Virus record (IMG/VR): IMGVR_UViG_3300032301_001148 | Span: 1 to 64,000 of that record | Reading direction: 5' to 3' (one strand) | DNA: 64,000 bases | Origin: a virus | Lineage: Duplodnaviria; Caudoviricetes | In this document: positions 27,760 to 36,582 of the stretch, piece by piece | How the letters are laid out: each line of letters starts with the position of its first letter | Numbering within the stretch: the stretch's first letter is position 1 | Notes under the pieces: model-generated | Database searches by the model: none | Told to the model about the DNA's origin: nothing | The model's input: the letters and a program-made list of their open reading frames with translations, nothing else | Made by a program: the position numbers and the translations under genes

Positions 27760-30462
27760 ATGTCAGTTTCCAAGTTCAGATTTGTATCCCCCGGTGTGTT
27801 CGTCAATGAAATAGACAACTCACAATTACCAAGATTACCAGAAGATATGGGACCAGTTATCATTGGTCGTTCTCTTCGTGGTCCAATGATGCGTCCAGTA
27901 CGTATTCAAAGCTTCTCCGATTTCGTAGATGTTTTCGGTGAACCAGTTGCCGGTGGTGTTGGTGGTGACGTTTGGAGAGATGGAAATCGCTTGACACCTA
28001 CTTACGCTGCTTATGCTGCACAAGCATATTTGAAAAATTCTTCTCCTATCACATTCGTTCGTTTAGGTGGTTTTCAATATCGTGGCGTTTCTGCTACAAC
28101 AGCAGCAAAAGCAGGTTGGCAAGTGGGCACAACATACGGTTTATTCGTTGCAACTGCCGTTTCAGAAAGTGGCGGTTGGAAAGTCACTGGTAGCGCTCCA
28201 TTAGCTGCAATGATTTATGCTTCTGGTTCATTAGGCTTAGTTGGTAAGAGCTTAACAGGCTCTGTAGATGACGTATTTAACAAAGAAGCAACTTGGGTAC
28301 GTGTTGATGGTGCAAATTTAGAATCAAGAATTATTGCTAACGGCGTAACATCAAGTTTCAATTTAAATGAAGATTCTAAAAAATATATTAGAAATATCTT
28401 AAATGTAAATCCAACCGCTTACGGCGATAAGAAATATTTCCTTGGTGAATCATTCGCTTCATTTGTTGAAGCAAAAGGTGTTTCTTTAAATTCAACCGGC
28501 AGTGCAGCAATCTTGTTAAAACTAGCTGGTTATCAAAATTTTAAGCAAGAAGCAGTAGATGCGGCAACAGGTTATATCGTAGCACAACACTTAGGAGTAA
28601 CCAGTTCATATACTGCTAATGCTAGCGGTTCTTATCCTGAATTACAACAATTATTTAGATTCGTTGGTTTAACAGAAGGTGAATGGAACAGCCAAAACTT
28701 AAAGATTTCAATTGAAGACATCAAAGGCCCAGCAAATGCCTATGTTAAGTACGGTACATTCACCGTATCAGTAAGAAAAGCAGCAGATAATGATGTTCAA
28801 CCACAATACGTAGAAAGATTTACAGGTTTAAATCTAGACCCTTCTAATGAAAATTATATTGCTAAGAGAATTGGCGATAAATATACAGAATGGGATTATG
28901 ACAAAGCATCATATATTGAGTATGGCACATATGATAATAATTCTAAATTCATTAGAGTAGAAATGAACACTGACGTAGATGATGCCAAGATTGACCCCAG
29001 TTTATTACCATTTGGTTATTATGGTCCAGTAATGTACGCAGACCAAACTTTGTCTGGCTCTGGCACTTCTGGCACAGCGGCATCTGCTCAATTGGCAGGC
29101 AACAGCATTACTGGCGCCTATATCTATTCAGCAAGTTTCTTGATGCCACAAATTCCATTATTGGACAGCAAGGCAAACTCTCCAGTATCTTCATTGTCAG
29201 CATTATATTGGGGCGTAAAATCAACTGTTGGCGCAACTAAGACCATCAATGCAGATTACCCAGATTTTGTTAGAGCAATACCAGCAACATTTACTGCAAC
29301 CAAGTATCAATATATGTTCTCACTTGATGACGTAAGTGCATCAGTAAGCAATGGAGCAATAGTAGAAGCTTCAGGAGCTTCATGGACACAGGATAACAGG
29401 CGTGCAGGTACATCTGTTACAGCAAATAATACAATTGACGTATTATTAAGTAAGTTTGACCAATTCACAGTACCAATGTACGGTGGATTTGATGGTGTAG
29501 ATATCACAAAACGTGACCCATTCGCAAATACTGCATTAACTGGCGACCAAAACACAAACTATGCCTATAACAGCGTTAAGGTAGCAATTGAAAGCATTGC
29601 AGACCCAGAAGTAGTAGAAATGAACCTTGCTGCAATGCCCGGTATCACAGTTTCTGGTTTGAATGGTCAATTGATTGAAAAATGTGAACTCCGTGGTGAT
29701 TCATTGGCAATCGTTGATTTAGCAGGCGACTATAATCCAGAAGGCACAACTGCTGTTGCTAAGAAACCAAACGTAGATACAGTAATTAATGAAGCAAAAA
29801 ATAATTATGCCAACACAAGCTATGGTTGCACATTCTTCCCATGGGTATTGGTAAAAGATACCATCAATAACAATAAGTTATGGGTACCACCATCTGTTGT
29901 AGCATTAGGCACCTTCTCTTCTTCACAAAAGAAGACCGAATTATGGTTTGCTCCAGCAGGTTTTAACCGTGGTGGTTTGACAGACGGCGCAGCAGGTTTA
30001 CCAGTTCTTCAAACAGCATTACGTTTGAATTCCAAAGACCGTGATGCTCTTTATGAAGCGAACATCAACCCAATCGCTACCTTCCCAGCAGAAGGCATTG
30101 TAATCTTTGGTCAAAAGACATTACAAGTAACTCCATCAGCACTTGACCGTATCAACGTTCGTCGCTTGATGATTTACTTGAAGAAAGAAATCAGCCGCTT
30201 TGCTTCAACAGTATTGTTTGACCCAAACGTAGAAGTAACTTGGAAGCGTTTCTTAAATCAAGCAGAACCATTCCTTGCAAGCGTTCAATCACGTTTCGGT
30301 CTTTCTGAATATCGTGTTATCTTGGACAACACAACAACCACACCAGACTTGGTAGATAGAAATATCGTATATGCCAAGATTTTATTGAAGCCAGCCCGTG
30401 CAATTGAATTTATCGCACTTGACTTCGTAATTACAAATACTGGTGCAAGTTTCGCTGATTAA
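27760..30462 (+). CDS. Contractile tail sheath protein (gp18-like)
   Basis: FVSPGVFVNEID, WFAPAGFNRG, INPIATFP, FGQKTLQ, LDRINVRRL and KPARAIEFI. Confidence 0.95.
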   Translation: MSVSKFRFVSPGVFVNEIDNSQLPRLPEDMGPVIIGRSLRGPMMRPVRIQSFSDFVDVFGEPVAGGVGGDVWRDGNRLTPTYAAYAAQAYLKNSSPITFVRLGGFQYRGVSATTAAKAGWQVGTTYGLFVATAVSESGGWKVTGSAPLAAMIYASGSLGLVGKSLTGSVDDVFNKEATWVRVDGANLESRIIANGVTSSFNLNEDSKKYIRNILNVNPTAYGDKKYFLGESFASFVEAKGVSLNSTGSAAILLKLAGYQNFKQEAVDAATGYIVAQHLGVTSSYTANASGSYPELQQLFRFVGLTEGEWNSQNLKISIEDIKGPANAYVKYGTFTVSVRKAADNDVQPQYVERFTGLNLDPSNENYIAKRIGDKYTEWDYDKASYIEYGTYDNNSKFIRVEMNTDVDDAKIDPSLLPFGYYGPVMYADQTLSGSGTSGTAASAQLAGNSITGAYIYSASFLMPQIPLLDSKANSPVSSLSALYWGVKSTVGATKTINADYPDFVRAIPATFTATKYQYMFSLDDVSASVSNGAIVEASGASWTQDNRRAGTSVTANNTIDVLLSKFDQFTVPMYGGFDGVDITKRDPFANTALTGDQNTNYAYNSVKVAIESIADPEVVEMNLAAMPGITVSGLNGQLIEKCELRGDSLAIVDLAGDYNPEGTTAVAKKPNVDTVINEAKNNYANTSYGCTFFPWVLVKDTINNNKLWVPPSVVALGTFSSSQKKTELWFAPAGFNRGGLTDGAAGLPVLQTALRLNSKDRDALYEANINPIATFPAEGIVIFGQKTLQVTPSALDRINVRRLMIYLKKEISRFASTVLFDPNVEVTWKRFLNQAEPFLASVQSRFGLSEYRVILDNTTTTPDLVDRNIVYAKILLKPARAIEFIALDFVITNTGASFAD

Positions 30463-30524
30463 AGTAAATAATTAAGTTGCCTACTATATAATGTAGTAGG
30501 GAATATGTTTAGGAGAATAAATAC

Positions 30525-31115
30525 ATGGCATTTTGGAGCGCAGTAGGTACAGAACCAAAAAGAGCACACAGATGGGTAGTAACCTTTCCAGCAGCAGGTG
30601 TAAATTTACAACAAATTTCATATGCTTTAAAAAAGGTTGATAAGCCAAAAGCAAAAGTTGGCGAAATTACACACAAATATTTAAATCATAGTTTTTATTA
30701 TCCCGGTCGTTTGGAATGGGAAGCAGTAAATATGACTTTTGCCTCTGTTACTCAAGTAGATGCTAATCAATTAGTTAATGATGTATTGTTAGCAGCTGGT
30801 TACGGTGTACCACAGAACGCAGGTATCACTCCAGAACAACGTGCTACAATCGGCAAAAATAAATTTGCTGGAGCATTAGGTAGAAAGATTTATATTCAAC
30901 AAGTAGATGCAGACGGTGAAAAAATTGAAGAATGGGAATTAAACAATCCATTCTTTACCAGTGTTCAATTCGGTGCTTTAGATTATAGCAGCGAAGAAAT
31001 CGTAGAAATTTCCTGTACAGTACGTTATGATTGGGCAAAATTAAATACTCCAGCATTAACACCCGGAGAACCAGAAATTCCAACTCCACCAGCAGGAAGC
31101 CCCGGTATTCCATAG
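30525..31115 (+). CDS. Tail tube protein (gp19-like)
   Basis: EPKRAHRW, GRLEWEAV and FGALDYSSE...I.CTVRYDWA; directly after the sheath gene. Confidence 0.85.
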   Translation: MAFWSAVGTEPKRAHRWVVTFPAAGVNLQQISYALKKVDKPKAKVGEITHKYLNHSFYYPGRLEWEAVNMTFASVTQVDANQLVNDVLLAAGYGVPQNAGITPEQRATIGKNKFAGALGRKIYIQQVDADGEKIEEWELNNPFFTSVQFGALDYSSEEIVEISCTVRYDWAKLNTPALTPGEPEIPTPPAGSPGIP

Positions 31116-31148
31116 TAGCTTTTATTTAACCTTTTATATACCACCATT

Positions 31149-31853
31149 ATGGCATTTTGGTCAGAACCAAACTTAAGAGAACCATTGCGCCAAAATAGGT
31201 GGTATATTATTTTTGGTGATTCTTTAATCCAGCAATACGTTTTTGCTTTAAAAGAATGTTCTAAACCAGAATATAAAATTGAAACAACTTCTCATGTTCT
31301 TTTAAACCATACTTTTAATTATCCAAAAAATCTCGTTTGGCAACCAATTACAATTAAGATGGTTTCTGCAAGAGATAAAACAAATAATTTAGCTTCTGTC
31401 CTGCAAGCAAGACTAGATACTAATGGATATGTTGTGCCATATTCAACACAAGACCAATCAAAAGAACAAAATCAATTATCAAAAGAGTTAATGTCTAAAA
31501 ACATGGATTTAAGACTTTGTCAAGTTGATGCAAATGGAGCAAGAATAGAAGAATGGAAATTATATAATCCTATGATTACGAACGTAAATTACGGTTCATT
31601 GTCATATGAGAATGATGGGTTTGTAGATATTTCTTTTACAATAACTTATGACTATGCAGAGTGGATGGTTAATGCCGATACCGGTATAAATGCAAATATT
31701 AGATATGTTAATAATAATGGTAATATAACTAATTTGAAATTAGAAAATGCTCCAGAAGAACAAGTAAATATTGCAGCAAGGGGACTTTCTAAAGAAAATG
31801 AAGAACCAGTAAGAGTAGGAACTCCCGGTTTTCCTTCCAATACAAGTAAATAA
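31149..31853 (+). CDS. Second tail-tube-fold protein (tube initiator/baseplate tube paralogue)
   Basis: MAFWS N-terminus and EPLRQNRW, WQPITI, YGSLSYE, ITYDYA parallel the previous ORF. Confidence 0.75.
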   Translation: MAFWSEPNLREPLRQNRWYIIFGDSLIQQYVFALKECSKPEYKIETTSHVLLNHTFNYPKNLVWQPITIKMVSARDKTNNLASVLQARLDTNGYVVPYSTQDQSKEQNQLSKELMSKNMDLRLCQVDANGARIEEWKLYNPMITNVNYGSLSYENDGFVDISFTITYDYAEWMVNADTGINANIRYVNNNGNITNLKLENAPEEQVNIAARGLSKENEEPVRVGTPGFPSNTSK

Positions 31854-31910
31854 TAATTTAACATTTTTCTTTTCGTAAGTATAATTAAAACAAGAAAGCG
31901 TAGGTAATAA

Positions 31911-32765
31911 ATGCGAAACAATTTAGAACGTCTTGGCGCTGATTTAAACAATCAAGATGTTACTGCACCACAACAACTAGAAGAATCAAACGATGTAAAA
32001 GCAGCACCATTAAGCTTCATAGTCCCAACAGAGTTTGTCTCCCTTCCTTCTAAGGGTTTATTCTATCCGCAAAATCATCCATTATATGGTAAGGATAGTA
32101 TTGAAATTAAGCAGATGACTGCTAAGGAAGAAGATATTCTTTCATCCCGAAATCTATTAAAAAAGGGGGTGGCATTAGATAAGCTTATTCAATCATTGGT
32201 TGTTGATAAAAGAATCAATACAGATACTTTAACAATAGAAGACCGTAACGCAATTATTGTTACAGCACGTATATCTGCTTATGGAGCAGATTATTTAACA
32301 ACGGTTGCTTGTCCATCTTGTGGAGAGAAAAGCAAGCATACTTTTAACTTATTAGAAAAAGTTGACGCTGCCGAACAATTGCAGCCAGTATCAGTAGATG
32401 AAAATGGCTTATTTACCGTAACCCTTCCAGCAACTAAATGGAACGTAAAATGTCGTGCATTAAATGGTTATGATGAAAAAGCCATTATGCGCCTTACGGA
32501 AGCAAAAAAGAATTCTTCAGAAGGCGATTCGCTTTTGTTAGAACAACTTAAAATGACTGTCATTTCTATCAATAATGTTAACGATAAAACTATGATTTCA
32601 GATGCGTTGAATGCTCTTCCAGCAAGAGATGCTAAATATTTACGTTCTACCTATCAGAACACCATTAAAGGTGTAGATATGCGTCATACTTTTAACTGTA
32701 AGTCTTGCGATACTCAAACCGAGTTGGAGGTGCCACTGTCCGCAGACTTTTTTTGGTTTAAGTAG
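31911..32765 (+). CDS. Baseplate hub/tail assembly chaperone (T4 gp26-like)
   Basis: LPSKGLFYP, IKQMTAKEEDIL, DR.AI...ARISAYG..Y, CPSCG and CKSC...VPLSADFFW. Confidence 0.8.
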   Translation: MRNNLERLGADLNNQDVTAPQQLEESNDVKAAPLSFIVPTEFVSLPSKGLFYPQNHPLYGKDSIEIKQMTAKEEDILSSRNLLKKGVALDKLIQSLVVDKRINTDTLTIEDRNAIIVTARISAYGADYLTTVACPSCGEKSKHTFNLLEKVDAAEQLQPVSVDENGLFTVTLPATKWNVKCRALNGYDEKAIMRLTEAKKNSSEGDSLLLEQLKMTVISINNVNDKTMISDALNALPARDAKYLRSTYQNTIKGVDMRHTFNCKSCDTQTELEVPLSADFFWFK

Positions 32766-32928
32766 TGATTATCAGCAAAGTATCTACGAAACTTTTTTCT
32801 ATCTTAAATACTATGGCGGATTCTCGCTTTTTGAGAGTTATAATCTGCCAATAGGTTTAAGAAAATGGTTTGTAGAAAAACTGCTAGACCAATTAAAGCA
32901 GGAAAGTGATGCATATAAGAAGAAGTAA
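32755..32928 (+). CDS. Start-less +1-frame extension of the tail chaperone (gp51-like/gpGT-like C-terminal domain)
   Basis: The frame is open from 32677 to the TAA at 32926-32928 with no ATG/GTG/TTG. It encodes GLSSDYQQSIYETFFYLKYYGGFSLFESYNLPIGLRKWFVEKLLDQLKQESDAYKKK and is entered at the T7 run 32748-32754. Confidence 0.65.
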   Translation, partial: GLSSDYQQSIYETFFYLKYYGGFSLFESYNLPIGLRKWFVEKLLDQLKQESDAYKKK

Positions 32929-32932
32929 TTCT

Positions 32933-32967
32933 TGAGCGAGAATAATGTTTCTCGCTCATTTTTTTTT
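32933..32967 (+). terminator. Rho-independent terminator
   Basis: 10-bp stem tgagcgagaa / ttctcgctca followed by T9. It lies after the +1 ORF, not after the TAG at 32765. Confidence 0.85.
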
Positions 32968-32971
32968 GTAT

Positions 32972-32979
32972 ACTATTTA
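32972..32979 (+). promoter_or_regulatory. Candidate late-promoter motif ACTATTTA
   Basis: After the terminator and before the tape measure gene. Confidence 0.45.
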
Positions 32980-33013
32980 TTGTGTAAATCCTTGTTTTGA
33001 GAGATAAAATATT

Positions 33014-35434
33014 ATGGCTACAGAGACAGAAAGAGAATTGGAGATTGTTCAAGAGATTGCCGCTCTTAAAGAAAAAATAAAAAATCTTAATGCTCAAGAA
33101 GCTGAACTTGCTGCTGTTGAATATAAAAATTTATTAGATAAATTAGATTTAGAACAAAAAAGAACACGCCAATTAGAAAATAACTTAAAAACCATTTCTC
33201 AAGAAATAGAAGAATTAGAAGAATTATCTAGTTTAGCTAAAGACTCAAATGAGAAATCAAGAATAGAATTTGAAATTGCTAAAAAAAATGTTGAGCTTAC
33301 TAAGCAGCGTCTTGAACTAACAAAAGCTACAAATTCAATTAATAGAGAAGTAATTGAAAAAGAAGAAGAGGCATTAGAAGAAGCAAAAGAAAAAGTAAAA
33401 AAAATAATTCAACAAAATGAAAATTTAAAAAAACAAAATGAATTATTAAAAGAACAAGAACAATCTAAAGAAAAAATTCTATCTTTTGTTAATAAAATAA
33501 CAGGTGGATACAGCGAACAAATTCGTTCTTTGTTTACCATGGATGGTATTTTATCTTCTATTAGTAATATGGTAAAAGAAGTAGTTACTGCCAATGAAAA
33601 CTTTGCAAAAACAACTGGTAAAGTTAGCACGTTAACTGCCGATTTTGGTAAAGGTTTTGAATCATATGGTGTTGGTTATAAGGAAATGAGTGAATCTTTT
33701 GGTACACTTTATACCAACATGGCTTCTTTTTCCAATCTCAGTAAACAAACACAAAAAGATTTATCTGCTAATGCTGCTAGAATGGCTAATCTAGGCGTTG
33801 ATACCGCCACTACTGCACAAAACTTTAACATATTAACAAAATCGTTAGGCGTTAATGCTAACGAAGTTGCATCAATAAATAATAAGTTAGCTGCTTCTGC
33901 TATAGGTGCAGGAATAGCGCCAGCAAAGATGTTAAAAGAATTCGGTTCTGCTATGCCACAATTAGCAGCATATGGCAAGCAAGCGGTAAATGTATTTATT
34001 GATTTACAAAAGCAAGCTAAATCTCTTGGCATGGAGATGGGTACTTTGATGGGTATCGTTGGTGATGGATTTGATACTTTTGAAGGTGCAGCAGAAAAAG
34101 CAGGTAAGTTAAACGCGATATTAGGTGGAGATTATCTCAATTCAGTAGAAATGTTGAATGCTACAGAAAGCGAACGAGTAGAGATGTTGAAGCGTTCGTT
34201 TGAACAATCGGGAAAAAATTTTGATTCATTAGACAAGTTTGAAAAGAAAGCAATAGCCGCTTCATTAGGCATTAAAGACATGAATGAAGCTGGTAAATTG
34301 TTTGGTAACACTTCTGCAGAAATGCGTGCAGAAATGCAAAAACAAGCAGCTAGTCAAACAGAGTTAGAAAAATCACAAAAAGCTGCAGCTGACACAAATA
34401 GACAGTTAATGCTAGCAATGAATGAATTATTAACAATTGCAAAGCCGGTTGCGGAAATTATAAAAACAATAGTTACCAAAATGGCTGAATATCCTACTGC
34501 AACCATAATAGTAACTTCTTTTGTGGCCGCCTTAGTTGGATTAGGAAAAATTATACCTATACTTTCTAGTTTAAAAATTTTGTTAGGTGGATTCGGTAAA
34601 ACAGCTGTTGTAGCTGGAGGGGAAGTAGCAGCTGGAGCTGGAGAGGCAAGTGGTGGTGTAACTATGCTAGGAACCGCAGCAACTATGTCTGCAGGACAAA
34701 TATTAGCCCTTGGTGCCGCTATTGCCTTGGTTGGAGTTGGCATTGGAGCAGCGGCATATGGCGTTTCATTCTTGGTGGAATCATTCTCTAAATTGAGCGG
34801 TGAGCAAATTTTTGGTGCCGTAGCGGCAATAGGTGCTTTATCATTAGCAATGTATGGTATAACAGTTGCATTAGCTGGTGTAGCAACAGCTGCAGCTGCT
34901 GCAGGAACTGCAGCATTAGTTGGTGCTCCCGGCTTATTAGCACTTGGTGCCGCTATAGCATTGGTTGGAGCAGGAATTGGTGGTGCTGCCTATGGAATGT
35001 CGCTTCTTGTAAAATCCATAGGTGAGTTAGTAGATAAGGCTTCTAATATTGATAATTTATTGGCCATATCAGGTGCAATATATGATATTTCAAAAGCAAT
35101 ATTGCTAATGCCAGATAGTAAAGAATTTAATGCTAAGGTAACAACATTAAAAACTGTTGCCGAAACGGTTAGTATTGCTGCCGATAAAGCGCCATCACTA
35201 GCGCCAGCAACGCAATTCGTTACTGCCGCTAAAGATTACTATATTGCTCAAAAAGACTCCAAGGCGTTTGACCAAGATGCGTTAGTCGCTGCAATAAGGG
35301 GTATAGTGCCAACTGGCGGTACAACTACAGGTGGTTTAGCGGCGGGAACCCAAGTGGTAATTAAAATAGAAAATGGTAAAGATTTAATTGGTATGGTCAT
35401 GGGTCGTCAAGCAGGCACTTTTAATCCAGTGTAA
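33014..35434 (+). CDS. Tape measure protein
   Basis: Long helical protein after the chaperone; N-terminal coiled coil; C-terminal Ala/Gly-rich hydrophobic helices. Confidence 0.8.
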   Translation: MATETERELEIVQEIAALKEKIKNLNAQEAELAAVEYKNLLDKLDLEQKRTRQLENNLKTISQEIEELEELSSLAKDSNEKSRIEFEIAKKNVELTKQRLELTKATNSINREVIEKEEEALEEAKEKVKKIIQQNENLKKQNELLKEQEQSKEKILSFVNKITGGYSEQIRSLFTMDGILSSISNMVKEVVTANENFAKTTGKVSTLTADFGKGFESYGVGYKEMSESFGTLYTNMASFSNLSKQTQKDLSANAARMANLGVDTATTAQNFNILTKSLGVNANEVASINNKLAASAIGAGIAPAKMLKEFGSAMPQLAAYGKQAVNVFIDLQKQAKSLGMEMGTLMGIVGDGFDTFEGAAEKAGKLNAILGGDYLNSVEMLNATESERVEMLKRSFEQSGKNFDSLDKFEKKAIAASLGIKDMNEAGKLFGNTSAEMRAEMQKQAASQTELEKSQKAAADTNRQLMLAMNELLTIAKPVAEIIKTIVTKMAEYPTATIIVTSFVAALVGLGKIIPILSSLKILLGGFGKTAVVAGGEVAAGAGEASGGVTMLGTAATMSAGQILALGAAIALVGVGIGAAAYGVSFLVESFSKLSGEQIFGAVAAIGALSLAMYGITVALAGVATAAAAAGTAALVGAPGLLALGAAIALVGAGIGGAAYGMSLLVKSIGELVDKASNIDNLLAISGAIYDISKAILLMPDSKEFNAKVTTLKTVAETVSIAADKAPSLAPATQFVTAAKDYYIAQKDSKAFDQDALVAAIRGIVPTGGTTTGGLAAGTQVVIKIENGKDLIGMVMGRQAGTFNPV
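34703..34996 (+). repeat. Two ~60-nt degenerate copies within the tape measure gene
   Basis: 34703-34762 and 34937-34996 encode LALGAAIALVG(V/A)GIG(A/G)AAYG. Confidence 0.75.
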
Positions 35435-35449
35435 GGATAAAATATTATT

Positions 35450-36232
35450 ATGGTACAAGGCTTAGACACATTATTAAAAAATGCAAATAAAGTATATAAA
35501 ATACAGATATATTCTTTTTCAAATGGTGTATTTTCTGCAGCTTCAAACACAATAGAATTTCCTGCGTTCATAACTGATTTTACTGATTCTTTTAAATCTG
35601 ATTGGAAAAAGGAATCAGTCTATGGAAGAATGGACCCAATATCTATTTTTAAAAGCACAACTAGAAATATAAACATATCTTTTGATATCCCAAATGAATC
35701 CGTTCAAGTGGCAAAAGATAATATGAGAAATATAGATTTTCTTATAAGAGGCTTATATCCAGTTTATACAAATGGCGCTTTGGGAACAAGAGTTATTTCT
35801 TCTCCTCCGATGTTTAGAGTAAAATTTGCTAATTTGATTTCTAATGTTACGGCAACAGCTGATGATGTAACTTTAAGAACTGGTTTGTTATGCTATATCC
35901 CAAGTTTTGATTTTAAACCAAAGGTTGATAGCGGATTTTTTATTGAAGGTGCAACAATATTACCAAAATTAGTTTCTGCAACTTTGAATTTAGAAATCGT
36001 TCATGAACATTCACTTGGAAATCAAATAGATTCATCTGGCAAGCTTGTACCAAGAGTGAATATTGTTAGTGGCTGCTATCCTCATAACATCCCTGATAAT
36101 CCACCACCAGCGCCGCCACAGCCAACGACTTCTACCACTACCCAACCTACGAATTCTACACAACAGGCTCAACAGGGAGCAGCTGATAATTTCTTACAAG
36201 GTTCTCCATCTGGCGGAACGCCAGTTTTTTAA
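35450..36232 (+). CDS. Baseplate/tube-tail complex protein
   Basis: W..ESVYGRMDPI..FKSTTR.I...F, typical of myovirus post-tape-measure tube-fold proteins. Confidence 0.65.
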   Translation: MVQGLDTLLKNANKVYKIQIYSFSNGVFSAASNTIEFPAFITDFTDSFKSDWKKESVYGRMDPISIFKSTTRNINISFDIPNESVQVAKDNMRNIDFLIRGLYPVYTNGALGTRVISSPPMFRVKFANLISNVTATADDVTLRTGLLCYIPSFDFKPKVDSGFFIEGATILPKLVSATLNLEIVHEHSLGNQIDSSGKLVPRVNIVSGCYPHNIPDNPPPAPPQPTTSTTTQPTNSTQQAQQGAADNFLQGSPSGGTPVF

Positions 36233-36239
36233 TTAATTT

Positions 36240-36578
36240 ATGATAAACAGATATAAAAATAGAAAAGTTTATAAAAATGATTTAGAAGCTTACAAAGAGG
36301 TTTTTAGAAATAGAAACGTCAAGTTTGTAAATCAATTCTCAACACCAAAATTTGAATTTCCAACAGCAGAAGAAATGGCAAATTTAAACATCGTTAAGCA
36401 TGTTTGGAAAGAGGGAGATAGATATTATAAATTAGCAGAAAAATATTATGGCGATTCCCGTGATTGGTGGATTATCGCTAAATTTAATCAATTACCTACT
36501 GAAAGTCACATACAGGTTGGTGATATAATAAACATTCCGTTACCTTTGAATCTTATATTACAATATATGGTAGGTTAA
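36240..36578 (+). CDS. LysM-like baseplate wedge protein (gp53-like)
   Basis: HVWKEGDRYYKLAEKYYGDSRDWWIIAKFN...GD.I.IP. Confidence 0.8.
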   Translation: MINRYKNRKVYKNDLEAYKEVFRNRNVKFVNQFSTPKFEFPTAEEMANLNIVKHVWKEGDRYYKLAEKYYGDSRDWWIIAKFNQLPTESHIQVGDIINIPLPLNLILQYMVG

Positions 36579-36582
36579 AAAT

